In this document: piece after piece, positions 1-10,151 of the stretch
How positions within the stretch are numbered: the stretch's first letter is position 1
How the letters are laid out: every line of letters starts with the position of its first letter
Origin: Chlamydiota bacterium
GTDB lineage: Bacteria > Chlamydiota > Chlamydiia > Chlamydiales > RGXB01
NCBI GenBank assembly: GCA_947494155.1
Contig: CANLTW010000005.1
Location: 1 to 64,000, forward strand
Reading direction: 5' to 3'
Length of the DNA stretch: 64,000 nucleotides
Notes under the pieces: model-generated
Databases searched by the model: none
Seen by the model: only the letters and a program-made list of their open reading frames with translations
What the model was told of the DNA's origin: nothing
Position numbers and translations under genes: made by a program

Positions 1-28
1 AAAAAACCCGTGTTAAACTTGCGCCTCT

Positions 29-2773
29 ATGCATAATTTGACAATGACCAACCTCCCCCCCATCGAGCCCTATATTCAATGGGTGTTGCACGGGGACGAA
101 GTTGCGGATTTAAAAGATGTACCCCTTTCTGTAAAAAGACTACCCGAGCTTAAAGAGGGGCTTCAGGCGGTTCTTCTTGAAACTTCCCCCGAAGACGCGA
201 AAATCAAAAAATATGTGCTGAATTTCCTTTCGTTTTTAGAATCGGAAACGGTGATCCCTTTCGCGCCAAAGCTTGAAAACTTGTACCATAAAGACCTGGT
301 AAATAGGGTGGAAAGCCTTAAGCTTTTTGATCCGGAGGAGGAACACCTCCGCATTCTCGATTCCACTGTCTTTCGCATAGCCCACATCGGCCAAGCGCTT
401 GTCGAAAACTCCTATTTTATGGAGACCTTTTACGAAAGATTTTTTAATATGGATCTGAAAGACCAGCTCTATATCTTTAAAAAACAACCCTCTTTAGAGG
501 ACTATTTTAAATTTGAAACCGATCTTATCTCTCGACTGCTGGACTCTGACCGCCCTGTAAGGTGTCTACTTGAGGACAAAGAGTGGATCGAGGCCGCAGG
601 ATTAGAAGCTGTTTTTCACGATGTGCTTTTATTAGGGTGTAGACCACTCAAAGAATTCCTACTAATCTACGGGGATCAGCTGGGAAACGTCCTTAATGGT
701 TTAAACGAACATAAAGCCGCTAATATTCGGGAAAACTGCAGATTTTTAACACAATACCCAAAACATCCCGATATTGCGTGTGCCTTTTTGGCTCAATTGC
801 TCGTAAATAAAAAACTACAGTCCAAACCTTTAGAATTTAACCACAGGCAAATCCAGCATGCGATTCAACTTCTTAATTCTCATACAGAGGGAGAGGTGCT
901 GGCTCCTCTTCTTTTAGATCCTCAAAGCTCGGGTGCAATTTTAGCGCAGGCCTGCTTTCGAATCCACCAACCCCAAATACCGTTCAGGCTCCCCTGTTTT
1001 CCACTATCGACATTTCTTGTACACATGGAAAGAGATTTTCTTAAATCCAGAGTAGATTCCACCTCTTTGCTCCCTCTGCGCCTCCCTTTCCCTGTGGAGG
1101 ATTTTGCCCTTCTCCACAGATTGGAGAAGAAATTTTTTATTCAAAATATCCTTTTAAATTCCATGCACTTGTTGTTTCTTTTGGAACAGCAACCCGACAC
1201 CTTACAGGAAATGCTTGCCCTTTTTTTTCAGGAGTTCCCCGATAAAAAAGAGCATGATTCTACAGTCGAATCTATTAAAAAATTTCTCTTCGAGGCCCCT
1301 TTTCATGCAGCTACCGATTTTGCTAAAATTTTCGGTGCCCTGAATATAGAAATTTTCAGCTCTCTGCAAAGCGCTATAAAAAAACAGTCTGTACATCCAT
1401 GGAATTGGCTTTCACTCCTTTTTTTGAGGCGGTTTGCCCGACACTTGACTGCGATCGAAAAGATATTTATTCTTCTCAACCGCTCCTCAAAAGATCAAAC
1501 CTACCTTTATGAGAAGGTTCGCTCCTGCTGTTTACAAGAAAATTTTCAAGACGTTCTCCCAATCTTTGAACTTTTAGAGCAGTTGGACAATAAAGAGAAT
1601 CTCCCCCGTCTATTGGAAATACTTATAAAAGTTGGTGAAACGGATGAAATTTTCAACAATCTTGCCCGCTCATCCAAGTTTAAAACTTTGCTGATTACGT
1701 TTGGGCAAGACCTGCTCTTACAGCTTTATGATAAAAAGATCCTCTCAGCAAATATCCTTTTCATGTTTGGACAAATTCTCCCTTTGCCTGTATTCAAAAC
1801 AATCGCGCATGAATCCCGTGAAAACCCCACCCTTGTACGTTTTAGTAAAAGTCTCATCCCCTTCAACGGACAGAATCTTCCGGTAGAAATCCACTTAAAG
1901 AATCTCCTCGAGGCAGGCCACGATCCGTATACAACCCATTTTCTAGAAATTTTGAGAGAAAAAATTTTAGGAGATGGAAAATTTTTAATTGCTCTTTGTC
2001 TCTATTTCCCCAAAGAGCTTGACTATAAAAAGATATTTGAGCTTGTGCCCTCTAACTTTTACCTTTACGCTGCCCATTTACTGCCTGATGATGTAAGAGG
2101 CTCTATTACCTCTTTTCATTTTCAGCCTACAATTCTCAGTGGCTTGCCGCACATGGATCCAAAAACAAAACAGTGGTACATCGAAAAATACTCTAGCTGG
2201 ATCGCCCCTGTGATCCCCCCTTTTGACTCTCTACATCAAACAATTAGAGCCCTCATAGAGAAAAAGACCTTAGAGGAAAAAGTAGAACTCTTAGAGGAGA
2301 TGAAATCGGCTATCTCCTCTTTTATTGCAAAACAGCAGTCCCTTTTAGCCAACATCGAAAGGTGCAAAAGACAAGAGCCCGATTCACCCCTCATCCCCCT
2401 TTTGCAACAGGAGTTCAATAAAAATGCTTTGCATATAGCGCAATACAAAGAGTTGCAGTCCAAAATTCCTGACGAACCAAGTTTGTTTTGCTGTATCAGT
2501 GGCGCTTTTATGAAACAACCGGTGGTCATAGACCAAGACCCTAGCGAGGCCATATTTGATCTATTTTACTTGCAACAAACCCTTGATAAGAAGGGGGGGG
2601 TAAATAAACGGGCACGCTGGCCCCACCTGCCTTCAAACTTTTTCACCCTGGAGGATATCCTGCCTGTAAGCGAGGAAAAAAAGGGGGAATTGGCCAAGTT
2701 GACCACTCAATTTGAGAATGCCATCCAGCAGTTTGCCTCACAATTTCTAAACGGCTCTTGCTCATCAAGTTAA
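29..2773 (+). CDS. Large hypothetical protein with possible C-terminal U-box-like domain (candidate secreted effector)
   Basis: 914-aa ORF; C-terminal IPDEPSLFCCISGAFMKQPVV...IFD...WP...ILP resembles the U-box pattern and follows a coiled-coil-like stretch. Confidence 0.55.
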   Translation: MHNLTMTNLPPIEPYIQWVLHGDEVADLKDVPLSVKRLPELKEGLQAVLLETSPEDAKIKKYVLNFLSFLESETVIPFAPKLENLYHKDLVNRVESLKLFDPEEEHLRILDSTVFRIAHIGQALVENSYFMETFYERFFNMDLKDQLYIFKKQPSLEDYFKFETDLISRLLDSDRPVRCLLEDKEWIEAAGLEAVFHDVLLLGCRPLKEFLLIYGDQLGNVLNGLNEHKAANIRENCRFLTQYPKHPDIACAFLAQLLVNKKLQSKPLEFNHRQIQHAIQLLNSHTEGEVLAPLLLDPQSSGAILAQACFRIHQPQIPFRLPCFPLSTFLVHMERDFLKSRVDSTSLLPLRLPFPVEDFALLHRLEKKFFIQNILLNSMHLLFLLEQQPDTLQEMLALFFQEFPDKKEHDSTVESIKKFLFEAPFHAATDFAKIFGALNIEIFSSLQSAIKKQSVHPWNWLSLLFLRRFARHLTAIEKIFILLNRSSKDQTYLYEKVRSCCLQENFQDVLPIFELLEQLDNKENLPRLLEILIKVGETDEIFNNLARSSKFKTLLITFGQDLLLQLYDKKILSANILFMFGQILPLPVFKTIAHESRENPTLVRFSKSLIPFNGQNLPVEIHLKNLLEAGHDPYTTHFLEILREKILGDGKFLIALCLYFPKELDYKKIFELVPSNFYLYAAHLLPDDVRGSITSFHFQPTILSGLPHMDPKTKQWYIEKYSSWIAPVIPPFDSLHQTIRALIEKKTLEEKVELLEEMKSAISSFIAKQQSLLANIERCKRQEPDSPLIPLLQQEFNKNALHIAQYKELQSKIPDEPSLFCCISGAFMKQPVVIDQDPSEAIFDLFYLQQTLDKKGGVNKRARWPHLPSNFFTLEDILPVSEEKKGELAKLTTQFENAIQQFASQFLNGSCSSS

Positions 2774-2858
2774 CGGCAAGACTAGGGGGGGTGAAAACCC
2801 TTTTGGTTGAAAAAAAACAAAGCAGCCTCTATTTCGACATTATAAGGAGAATTATTTT

Positions 2859-3065
2859 ATGTTTAGACTTAGAGACGTTTGTTTTTTTGTGGCGGGTGCT
2901 GCCTTTTTTCACATGATTTCCCACATTTTACTCCCTTTTTATGTGAAGCTCCCCTACGAGTTTGGTTGTATTACAATCACAAACTCATTCAACAACGCTA
3001 TTATCATCATAAGCGCTATCGTAACAGCCGTACTTTTGTATGCCGGTGTGAAACTTAAGAAATAG
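2859..3065 (+). CDS. Small two-TM membrane protein
   Basis: 68-aa ORF, AAGGAG Shine-Dalgarno upstream, two hydrophobic segments, followed by a terminator-like hairpin. Confidence 0.75.
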   Translation: MFRLRDVCFFVAGAAFFHMISHILLPFYVKLPYEFGCITITNSFNNAIIIISAIVTAVLLYAGVKLKK

Positions 3066-3086
3066 GCTTAGGACAAAAATGTGTAG

Positions 3087-3112
3087 AAAACCCTCTTTTA
3101 TAGAGGGTTTTT
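3087..3112 (+). terminator. Intrinsic terminator-like hairpin
   Basis: AAAACCCTCT-tttat-AGAGGGTTTT perfect 10-bp inverted repeat just after the 68-aa gene. Confidence 0.6.
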
Positions 3113-3230
3113 ACTAAAAAAACCAACTTAAGCATCCCATAGAGACGACTCCTCTTAAAAAAGGTGTCTCTTTAATCTCCTAGTTTGTAAAGTGAGAGGT
3201 TAAATAGGCATTGAACGGAGACTTTTCAAG

Positions 3231-3845
3231 GTGGCTAAGGTCTACTTTTACTACTCTGCGATGAACGCAGGAAAAAGTACAACGCTTCTACAAGCAAGCT
3301 ATAATTATATCGAAAGGGGGATGCAGACCCTCTTATTTGCCCCCAAAATCGACCAGCGTTTTGAAAGTACTGTCATCTATTCGCGCATCGGACTAAAGCA
3401 GACTGCCACCCCTTTTGACGAGGAGTTCCATTTCTTTTCTTGCGTTCAATCCAGCCTCGAGGACAACCCCCAAATACGCTGCATTTTGATCGATGAGGCC
3501 CATTTTCTCAAAAAAAAGCAAGTAGAGCAGCTATTTCAAATTGCAACAGATTTAGGGGTAGCCGTTTTATGTTATGGATTGCGCTCCGATTTTTTAGGGG
3601 AACCCTTTGAGGGGAGCCGTTATCTTCTTGCCTGGGCTGAAGAAATTGCCGAAATCAAAACGATTTGCACCTGTTCAAGAAAAGCTACCATGAACATGCG
3701 AATCGATAAAGAGGGAAAAGCGGTAACGATTGGCTCACAAATCCAGATCGGAGGCAACGAAAGTTACATTTCCAAGTGTATGCGCTGTTTTCGAAAAGAG
3801 GTGTTTTCCCCTAAACAAGAATGCCCCATGAGGATGCTTTCATGA
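3231..3845 (+). CDS. tdk: Thymidine kinase
   Basis: YSAMNAGKST P-loop, LIDEAHF, YGLRSDF, Zn-binding Cys (CTC, CMRC), IGGNESY. Confidence 0.95.
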   Translation: MAKVYFYYSAMNAGKSTTLLQASYNYIERGMQTLLFAPKIDQRFESTVIYSRIGLKQTATPFDEEFHFFSCVQSSLEDNPQIRCILIDEAHFLKKKQVEQLFQIATDLGVAVLCYGLRSDFLGEPFEGSRYLLAWAEEIAEIKTICTCSRKATMNMRIDKEGKAVTIGSQIQIGGNESYISKCMRCFRKEVFSPKQECPMRMLS

Positions 3846-5089
3846 AAAAACTTCTCCCCTATATTGTCTGTTTTTCTGCCGCTCTGTTTCTAGCATACGA
3901 GCTTATGCAGCTACATATGATGAATGCGATTGCCCCTTTGCTCATGCAAGATTTAGGGTTAAGCGCCACAAGTTTTGGGTACATCAGCGCGACCTATCTT
4001 TTAGCCGATGTCCTTTTCCTTCTTCCAGCAGGGATTATTCTGGATCGCTTTTCTGTGAGAAAAGTGATTTTGTCGGCCCTCTTTTTCTGTATTTTGGGCA
4101 CAGTCGGTTTCGCCTCAGCCAAAGGTATTTGGACTGCGGCAATTTCCCATTTTCTCTCGGGGATCGGAAATGCCTTTTGCTTTTTAAGTTGCATGATCCT
4201 TGTCACCCGCTGGTTTGAGGAGAAAATGCAAGGGAGAATTATGGGATGGATTATTACCATCGGCATGCTAGGGGCATTTATTGCCCAGTCCCCTTTTTCA
4301 CTTCTTGCAGAGCAGTTTGGTTGGAGACAAGCACTCTACCTGGATGCTTTTTTCGGGTTGGGTCTACTCGTGCTACTGTATTGGACGATTCAAAGCCCCG
4401 GCCAAGAGGAGCAAAAAGTTTCCAAGAATACTCTACTTTTGGAGCTAAAAACGGCTTTAAAAAACCCTGTCACGTTGAAAGTTGGGTTATACACCGCCTT
4501 TCTGAACTTGCCTCTAATGGTTATCAGTGCTGTTTTTGCGAGCCTTTTTTTGACGCAAATCCATGCCCTTTCGCTGGCACAAAGCGCTTTTATTGCCAGT
4601 ATGATTGCGATAGGTACTATCTTTGGCTCCCCTATGTATGGAACTCTTTCCGATCTTTTCGGCATGCGCAGAATTTGGATGATTTTAGGGGGTATTTTTT
4701 CCAGCATCGTCATGTTTTTGATCCTTTTTGCCCCCTCCTCGATGCTCTACCTTAGCTTTCTATTTTTCCTTTTGGGACTGTTCACCTCATCACAGGTATT
4801 GGGCTACCCCACAATTACCGAGAATAGCCCCAAACATCTACAAGGAACCTCTATGGGGATTGCGGCCGTTATCATTATGGGGCTTCCTATGCTGATTCAG
4901 CCTCTGACAGGGACACTTATGGATCTTTTTTGGATGGGCGCATGGACAGAAGGGGGAAACCGCCTCTACCCTTTCAGTAGTTTTCTAGCCTCTTTTTCCC
5001 TTTTGCCTCTCTTGTTTCTTTTGGGTTCTTATCTAGTGAACAAGCCCTTTGAGGCGGAAGCAACGGGGAGAGAAATTAGTTGTCTCTAA
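3842..5089 (+). CDS. MFS transporter
   Basis: About 12 TM segments, GIILDRFSVRK and GTLSDLFGMRR MFS loop motifs; start placed at ATG 3842 (ATGA overlap with the tdk stop). Confidence 0.88.
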   Translation: MKKLLPYIVCFSAALFLAYELMQLHMMNAIAPLLMQDLGLSATSFGYISATYLLADVLFLLPAGIILDRFSVRKVILSALFFCILGTVGFASAKGIWTAAISHFLSGIGNAFCFLSCMILVTRWFEEKMQGRIMGWIITIGMLGAFIAQSPFSLLAEQFGWRQALYLDAFFGLGLLVLLYWTIQSPGQEEQKVSKNTLLLELKTALKNPVTLKVGLYTAFLNLPLMVISAVFASLFLTQIHALSLAQSAFIASMIAIGTIFGSPMYGTLSDLFGMRRIWMILGGIFSSIVMFLILFAPSSMLYLSFLFFLLGLFTSSQVLGYPTITENSPKHLQGTSMGIAAVIIMGLPMLIQPLTGTLMDLFWMGAWTEGGNRLYPFSSFLASFSLLPLLFLLGSYLVNKPFEAEATGREISCL

Positions 5090-5171
5090 TTTTTGCCCTA
5101 CTTTTTTCAATGCTTTTTTTTGTTTAAACCATTATCATAGCCTTACAACTTTTGGGAGAGAAAAAAAGTCA

Positions 5172-6404
5172 TTGAGTCTTTGGAAAAAAGTGATTATTGG
5201 ACTGGTCTTAGGGGTTCTTTTGGGCTTTTTTTTAGGAGATTGGGCCACCTATTTGAAGCCTTTAGGGGATATTTTTATCCGCCTGATAAAAATGATTATT
5301 ATTCCACTGATCTTTTTTTCGATTGTGAGCGGCATCACAAATGTTAAGGATACGAAAACGCTGGGAAGGCTAGGCCTTAAATCCCTATTCGCTTTTCTTG
5401 TAACCACTTTTCTAGCCATTACAATTGGCTTGGTCATCGGCTCTATCTTGGAACCTGGATCGGGCCTTACCCTTAACTTGGATAAATCGTTCAAACCACA
5501 AAGCGCTCCAGCACAGACGACCCTTCAACTATTTGATACCATTTTGAATATTGTCCCCGACAATGCGATTGGGGCTATGGCGCAAGGGACTATACTACAG
5601 GTCGTATTCTTCGCCCTTTTTACCGGTTTTACCATCAACACCATAAAAGGAGAAATCGCGGATAAAATCTCCGAATTTTTCCGTGTAGTTTCTGCAATGG
5701 TCTTCCAAATGGTACATCTTATCGTGCAGCTCTCCCCTTTAGCAGCCTGTTTTTTGACGGCGTGGGTTGTGGGTAGCCAGGGTGCTACGGTACTACTTTT
5801 ACTGTTGAAACTCGTAGGGTGCGCCTATCTTGGATTTTTTTTACAGTATCTGCTTTTTGGTGCTTTGATATGGATGACAACGGGTCTCTCCCCTCTCCCC
5901 TTTTTCAAAAAGAGTTTTGAGTACCAAGTGATCGCTTTTTCCACCTCCAGTAGCAAGGCAGCGCTACCCACAACCATGCGTGTAGCAAAAGATAATCTAG
6001 GTATTTCCCAAGTAAGCTCATCCTTTGTACTCCCTTTGGGGGCCTCTATTAATATGGTTGGGATCGCCATCTATATCAGCCTTGCTGCCCTCTTTTTTGC
6101 TCAGGCTTTGGGAAAACAGCTCTCTTTTACCGACTATATGCTGATCGGATTTACCGGCTCATTGGGCTCCATTGGAGGGGCGGGGATACCTAGCGGAACC
6201 ATCGTCATGTTACCTCTTGTCCTTGGAGCGGTTGGTTTACCGATTGAAGGGATAGCCTTGATTTTGGGAATTGATAGAATTGTCGACATGATGCGCACAA
6301 CAATCAGCATAACGGGCGATGCTGCAGTTGCATTGATTGTAGACTATTCCGAAGGGCTTTTGAATAAAAATATCTACAACTCCTCCCAAATTATCGAGAG
6401 TTAA
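5172..6404 (+). CDS. Dicarboxylate/amino acid:cation symporter (DAACS, GltP/DctA family)
   Basis: AFSTSSSKAALP, PLGASINMVG, GIDRIVDMMRTTISITGD motifs; start placed at in-frame TTG 5172 after GGGAGAG (track start 5049). Confidence 0.9.
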   Translation: MSLWKKVIIGLVLGVLLGFFLGDWATYLKPLGDIFIRLIKMIIIPLIFFSIVSGITNVKDTKTLGRLGLKSLFAFLVTTFLAITIGLVIGSILEPGSGLTLNLDKSFKPQSAPAQTTLQLFDTILNIVPDNAIGAMAQGTILQVVFFALFTGFTINTIKGEIADKISEFFRVVSAMVFQMVHLIVQLSPLAACFLTAWVVGSQGATVLLLLLKLVGCAYLGFFLQYLLFGALIWMTTGLSPLPFFKKSFEYQVIAFSTSSSKAALPTTMRVAKDNLGISQVSSSFVLPLGASINMVGIAIYISLAALFFAQALGKQLSFTDYMLIGFTGSLGSIGGAGIPSGTIVMLPLVLGAVGLPIEGIALILGIDRIVDMMRTTISITGDAAVALIVDYSEGLLNKNIYNSSQIIES

Positions 6405-6527
6405 GCCCCCCTACTTTAGCGAAGCTACCGCCTCGTTTGTCCAACCGAAGGTCGATTCAAGCACCCTACTTTTGTTGCATCTTTATGTTTTTAAACACTA
6501 TAGTGGGCTAAAACTTTCGGGAGTGCG

Positions 6528-7349
6528 ATGGGTATAGGGCGTGTGGAGAACAAGGTTGCGATTGTAACAGGAGCCCAACAAGGGATAGGATTAGCGATTG
6601 CAAAACTTCTTGTTCAAGAGGGTGCTTTTGTTGTTTTGACAGACATTAATGTGGCTGGTGGTAAAAATGCCGTAGAAAAACTTCCGAAAGATAGAGTCCT
6701 TTTTCTACCGCACGATGTTTCTAAAGAGAGCGATTGGGAAACCGTTTTTGAAAAAACCCTCTCCTGGAAAGGGCGCGTCGATATTCTTGTAAATAATGCC
6801 GGCATAAGCGGTCTTACTAAAGGGTTTCATCCCCAAAACCCCGAACATGCCACGTTGGAAGATTACAAAAAAATCCAAGCTGTCAATGCTGAGGGGACTT
6901 TTCTTGGTTGCCGATTTGCGATTAAAACCATGAAAAAAACGGGGGGAAGCATTGTGAATATCTCCTCGCGTTCTGCAAATGTGGGTGTCCCTAATCTATG
7001 TGCCTATGCTGCTTCAAAAGCGGCAATTAGGAGTATGACAAAATCGGTTGCCTTGTGGTGCTGTTCCCAAAATTATCCCATCCGTTGTAATTCTGTCCAC
7101 CCAGCAGCAATAGATACCCCTTTTTGGGATCCGATGACCCAAGGGGAAGAATCTGAAAAAAAGAGGAAAAAAATTGCCCGAGAAATTCCTATGGGGCACA
7201 TGGGCGAGCCTGATGATGTGGCTTTTGCCGTCCTTTATCTAGCCTCTAACGAATCCAAATTTGTTACCGGAGCCGAATTGATGGTAGATGGGGGTATCCT
7301 TGCGGGCTCTAGTGCAACACCTAGAATTATTGAAACAAAAGAGACTTAA
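6528..7349 (+). CDS. Classical SDR oxidoreductase (hydroxysteroid/cyclic-alcohol dehydrogenase-like)
   Basis: TGAQQGIG, NNAG, catalytic S...YAASK, IRCNSVHP, VTGAELMVDGG. Confidence 0.9.
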   Translation: MGIGRVENKVAIVTGAQQGIGLAIAKLLVQEGAFVVLTDINVAGGKNAVEKLPKDRVLFLPHDVSKESDWETVFEKTLSWKGRVDILVNNAGISGLTKGFHPQNPEHATLEDYKKIQAVNAEGTFLGCRFAIKTMKKTGGSIVNISSRSANVGVPNLCAYAASKAAIRSMTKSVALWCCSQNYPIRCNSVHPAAIDTPFWDPMTQGEESEKKRKKIAREIPMGHMGEPDDVAFAVLYLASNESKFVTGAELMVDGGILAGSSATPRIIETKET

Positions 7350-7486
7350 ATTACCGTATCTTTAAAAAACATCCCCTAATCCAATTCAACCTGTGGGTAT
7401 TTTTTGATTGTAATGAAAAAAATCCCGTTTCTTTTTTTTCTTACTTGTGAAATGAGTTTAAAAAAACAACCAAAGAATGACCGCAT

Positions 7487-8467
7487 ATGAAATGGTTTAA
7501 AATTTCTGGAGTATTCCTCATTGCTTTAGTATTGAGCTTTTTTGCTGGAGGATACTTCAGTCCAGTTCGCAAAGAAGCCCAAAAAAAAGGGCGATCTGAG
7601 ACCTGTCGAGAGACTCAAACCAGCTCAACACCACAAGGCAGGGTACAAAATAAGGTAGCGATTGTTACCGGAGGGAAACAAGGAATTGGGTATGCGATAG
7701 CTCAGGTTCTCATACAAGAGGGGGCCTACGTTGTGGTTACCGATATCAATAACGAGCTTGGGTGTAAGGCTGTAGAAAAACTCCCCTCCGGTAAGGCCCT
7801 TTTTATTCAACAGGATGTCTCCAAAGAGGTCGACTGGGAAAACGTGTTCAAAAAAACGATTTCCTGGAAAGGGCGAGTAGACATAGTCGTGAATAACGCC
7901 GGTATCAGTGGCCTAACAAAAGGATTTGGTCCCCAAGACCCTGAACATACCTCTTTGGAGGATTTTAAAAAAATTCAGGCGATAAATACCGAAGGGACAT
8001 TCCTAGGTTGCCGTTTTGCTATTGAAAACATGAAAAAAAATGGGGGAAGCATCGTCAATATCTCCTCACGCTCGGGAAATGTGGGTGTCCCCACCATGTG
8101 CGCTTACGCTGCATCAAAAGCGGCAATTAGGAGCATGACAAAATCGGTTGCTTTGTGGTGCTGTTCCCAAAATTATCCTATCCGTTGTAATTCTGTCCAC
8201 CCAGCGGCAATCGACACCCCTTTTTGGGATCCGATGGTTGAGGGGCAGAGCGTGGAAAAAAACAGACAAAAAATTGCGGATGAAATACCGATGGGGCACA
8301 TGGGTGAGCCTAACGATGTTGCCTACGCCGTTCTCTATTTGGCCTCAAATGAATCTAAATTTGTTACCGGCGCTGAGCTTATGGTAGATGGAGGAATCCT
8401 AGCGAGCTCAGGAGCTCTACCTAGAGTTATAGAGACAAACCAGTCCCCCCAAAAGGACATCCTTTGA
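7487..8467 (+). CDS. SDR oxidoreductase paralogue with N-terminal signal/membrane anchor
   Basis: Closely similar SDR core to 6528-7349 plus a ~50-aa N-terminal extension starting with a hydrophobic segment. Confidence 0.9.
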   Translation: MKWFKISGVFLIALVLSFFAGGYFSPVRKEAQKKGRSETCRETQTSSTPQGRVQNKVAIVTGGKQGIGYAIAQVLIQEGAYVVVTDINNELGCKAVEKLPSGKALFIQQDVSKEVDWENVFKKTISWKGRVDIVVNNAGISGLTKGFGPQDPEHTSLEDFKKIQAINTEGTFLGCRFAIENMKKNGGSIVNISSRSGNVGVPTMCAYAASKAAIRSMTKSVALWCCSQNYPIRCNSVHPAAIDTPFWDPMVEGQSVEKNRQKIADEIPMGHMGEPNDVAYAVLYLASNESKFVTGAELMVDGGILASSGALPRVIETNQSPQKDIL

Positions 8468-8591
8468 AAAAAATGGATGTGGATTCACGAAAGGTTTTTT
8501 ACATTTAATCGGGTAAGGTAAAGAAAAAGCGGTTTCTTTTTTTTCTATCTTGTGCGATGGGTTTATTATGGGTAAGAAAGAGCTTTCTACA

Positions 8592-8933
8592 ATGAAATGG
8601 ATTAAAATACTAGGGATCACTCTGATAGTTATGGGGATAGCCTCTTTTGTCGGGGGAAACTACATCCGCTCTCAAGTTGACCAAGGGAAAAAGAAAGTAA
8701 GAAAAGCGCAATCGGGGGTAGATGCGGTGAATTCCGCCTCCTCTAGCGATCCGGCTCTTTACTTTTTCAGCAAAGCGGCTACAGGACCTATTCAAAGCCA
8801 GATCAACGAGGGGAAAAAAGATATTGTCTACTTTCAGACTTTGGCAAAAAATCTCGATATCGCCGGTTGGGTAATGGTTATTGTGGGACTCACAGGTACA
8901 ATCTGGGCTTTTACCAGAGGTAGAAGAGGCTAA
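8592..8933 (+). CDS. Small membrane protein (N- and C-terminal TM segments)
   Basis: MKWIKILGITLIVMG... start chosen at ATG 8592 (track start 8550); hydrophobic ends. Confidence 0.7.
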   Translation: MKWIKILGITLIVMGIASFVGGNYIRSQVDQGKKKVRKAQSGVDAVNSASSSDPALYFFSKAATGPIQSQINEGKKDIVYFQTLAKNLDIAGWVMVIVGLTGTIWAFTRGRRG

Positions 8934-8941
8934 AAAAGAGG

Positions 8942-10150
8942 ATGCAGTGTAGCATAGCCGGGCTAAGGAAAAGCTTTTTTGTCGATCTCTTTACTCTTGT
9001 GCAGTCTTGGTTGGGTTTTTCGCTTGTTTTCCCTATTTTTGCCCCGTTGCTGTTTTCTGTCGATACCCTCTACTACTCTTTTAACGACTCGTTGATCTTC
9101 AAAACATCGGTCTTGGGATCTCTTTATGGTCTCTACGGGGTTGGACAAGGGTTTGGAGCGCTTATCTGGTCTTATTGTAGCCGGCTTTTGGGAAAAAGGG
9201 GGGGGCAAATCCTATGGAGCCTTTTCATGCTCATGGGTTACTTGGTTATGTGTCTAGGTCTCTATGAAGAGCACTTAGCAGCTTTAATTGCAGGGCGTCT
9301 TTTGACAGGGATCGGATCTGCAGCGATTTGGATAGGTCGAAGCGCGGTACTAGACTTATCCGATTTCTCCTCAAAGTGGGAGGGGGAAAAAATCTTTTTT
9401 ACCGCTGGTGCGCTTGCCTTTATGACCGGTCCTTGGATCGGGGGAACTCTCTCTAGACTCCCCTGGATCCGAGGAACGGGGGGGCTTATTTTTGGTGCGC
9501 TCTTTTCTATGGTGCACCTTTTGTTTATTCTTCTATTCTATAAAGACATTTCCACACCCCCCTCCCCTGTAAAAGAAAAAAAAGGGGATCGGTTTTTTTT
9601 TGGAATTTTTGCCGAATTTGAGGGGAAAAGACTCTGGGCTGTTACCCTATTTTTTTTCGGTCTAATGAGCTTTTTTCTATTTATCTCCCCTTTTCTCACT
9701 TTAACTTTCCGTGCATCACCAGAGGTTTTAGGAGATATTTACGCCTATATTCTTTTATTATTTGCTTTGTCCATTACCCTTTTTTCCCCCCTTTTTTCCT
9801 TCCTTGAATCACGAAAATCAACCCTTTTTGCCCTCTTGATCGCAGCGTTGGGGATCTTTCTTTTTTCCCAAACAACCCTTTTTTGGACCTTGTGGATTTC
9901 TCTACCTGTAGCGGTTTTGAGCTCTTTAGCCAGTATTAAAGGACTGATGGCATCACAAAAAATGGGGGATACACAAAATATTAGCGCTCAACCACCCCTT
10001 TACTCTATTCTGGCTTTGGGGAGTTTGACGATAGCGGCTTTTGTTTTGGCCCCTCTTTTAGCCATACAAACCCCGCTCCCATTAGGAATTGCGTCCTGTT
10101 TTTATTTACTAGCTTTTCTCATCCATGTTGTGCGTTACAACCGAGGTTAA
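8942..10150 (+). CDS. MFS transporter (TetA/DHA1-like, divergent)
   Basis: Multi-TM protein, GRLLTGIG and GPWIGG motifs. Confidence 0.75.
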   Translation: MQCSIAGLRKSFFVDLFTLVQSWLGFSLVFPIFAPLLFSVDTLYYSFNDSLIFKTSVLGSLYGLYGVGQGFGALIWSYCSRLLGKRGGQILWSLFMLMGYLVMCLGLYEEHLAALIAGRLLTGIGSAAIWIGRSAVLDLSDFSSKWEGEKIFFTAGALAFMTGPWIGGTLSRLPWIRGTGGLIFGALFSMVHLLFILLFYKDISTPPSPVKEKKGDRFFFGIFAEFEGKRLWAVTLFFFGLMSFFLFISPFLTLTFRASPEVLGDIYAYILLLFALSITLFSPLFSFLESRKSTLFALLIAALGIFLFSQTTLFWTLWISLPVAVLSSLASIKGLMASQKMGDTQNISAQPPLYSILALGSLTIAAFVLAPLLAIQTPLPLGIASCFYLLAFLIHVVRYNRG

Positions 10151-10151
10151 T

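Noticed and set aside
6405..6480. tRNA-like or REP-like sequence after the symporter gene
   Set aside because: A TTCAAG and a short CCCTACTTT direct repeat are present, but I could not build a cloverleaf or find a second copy
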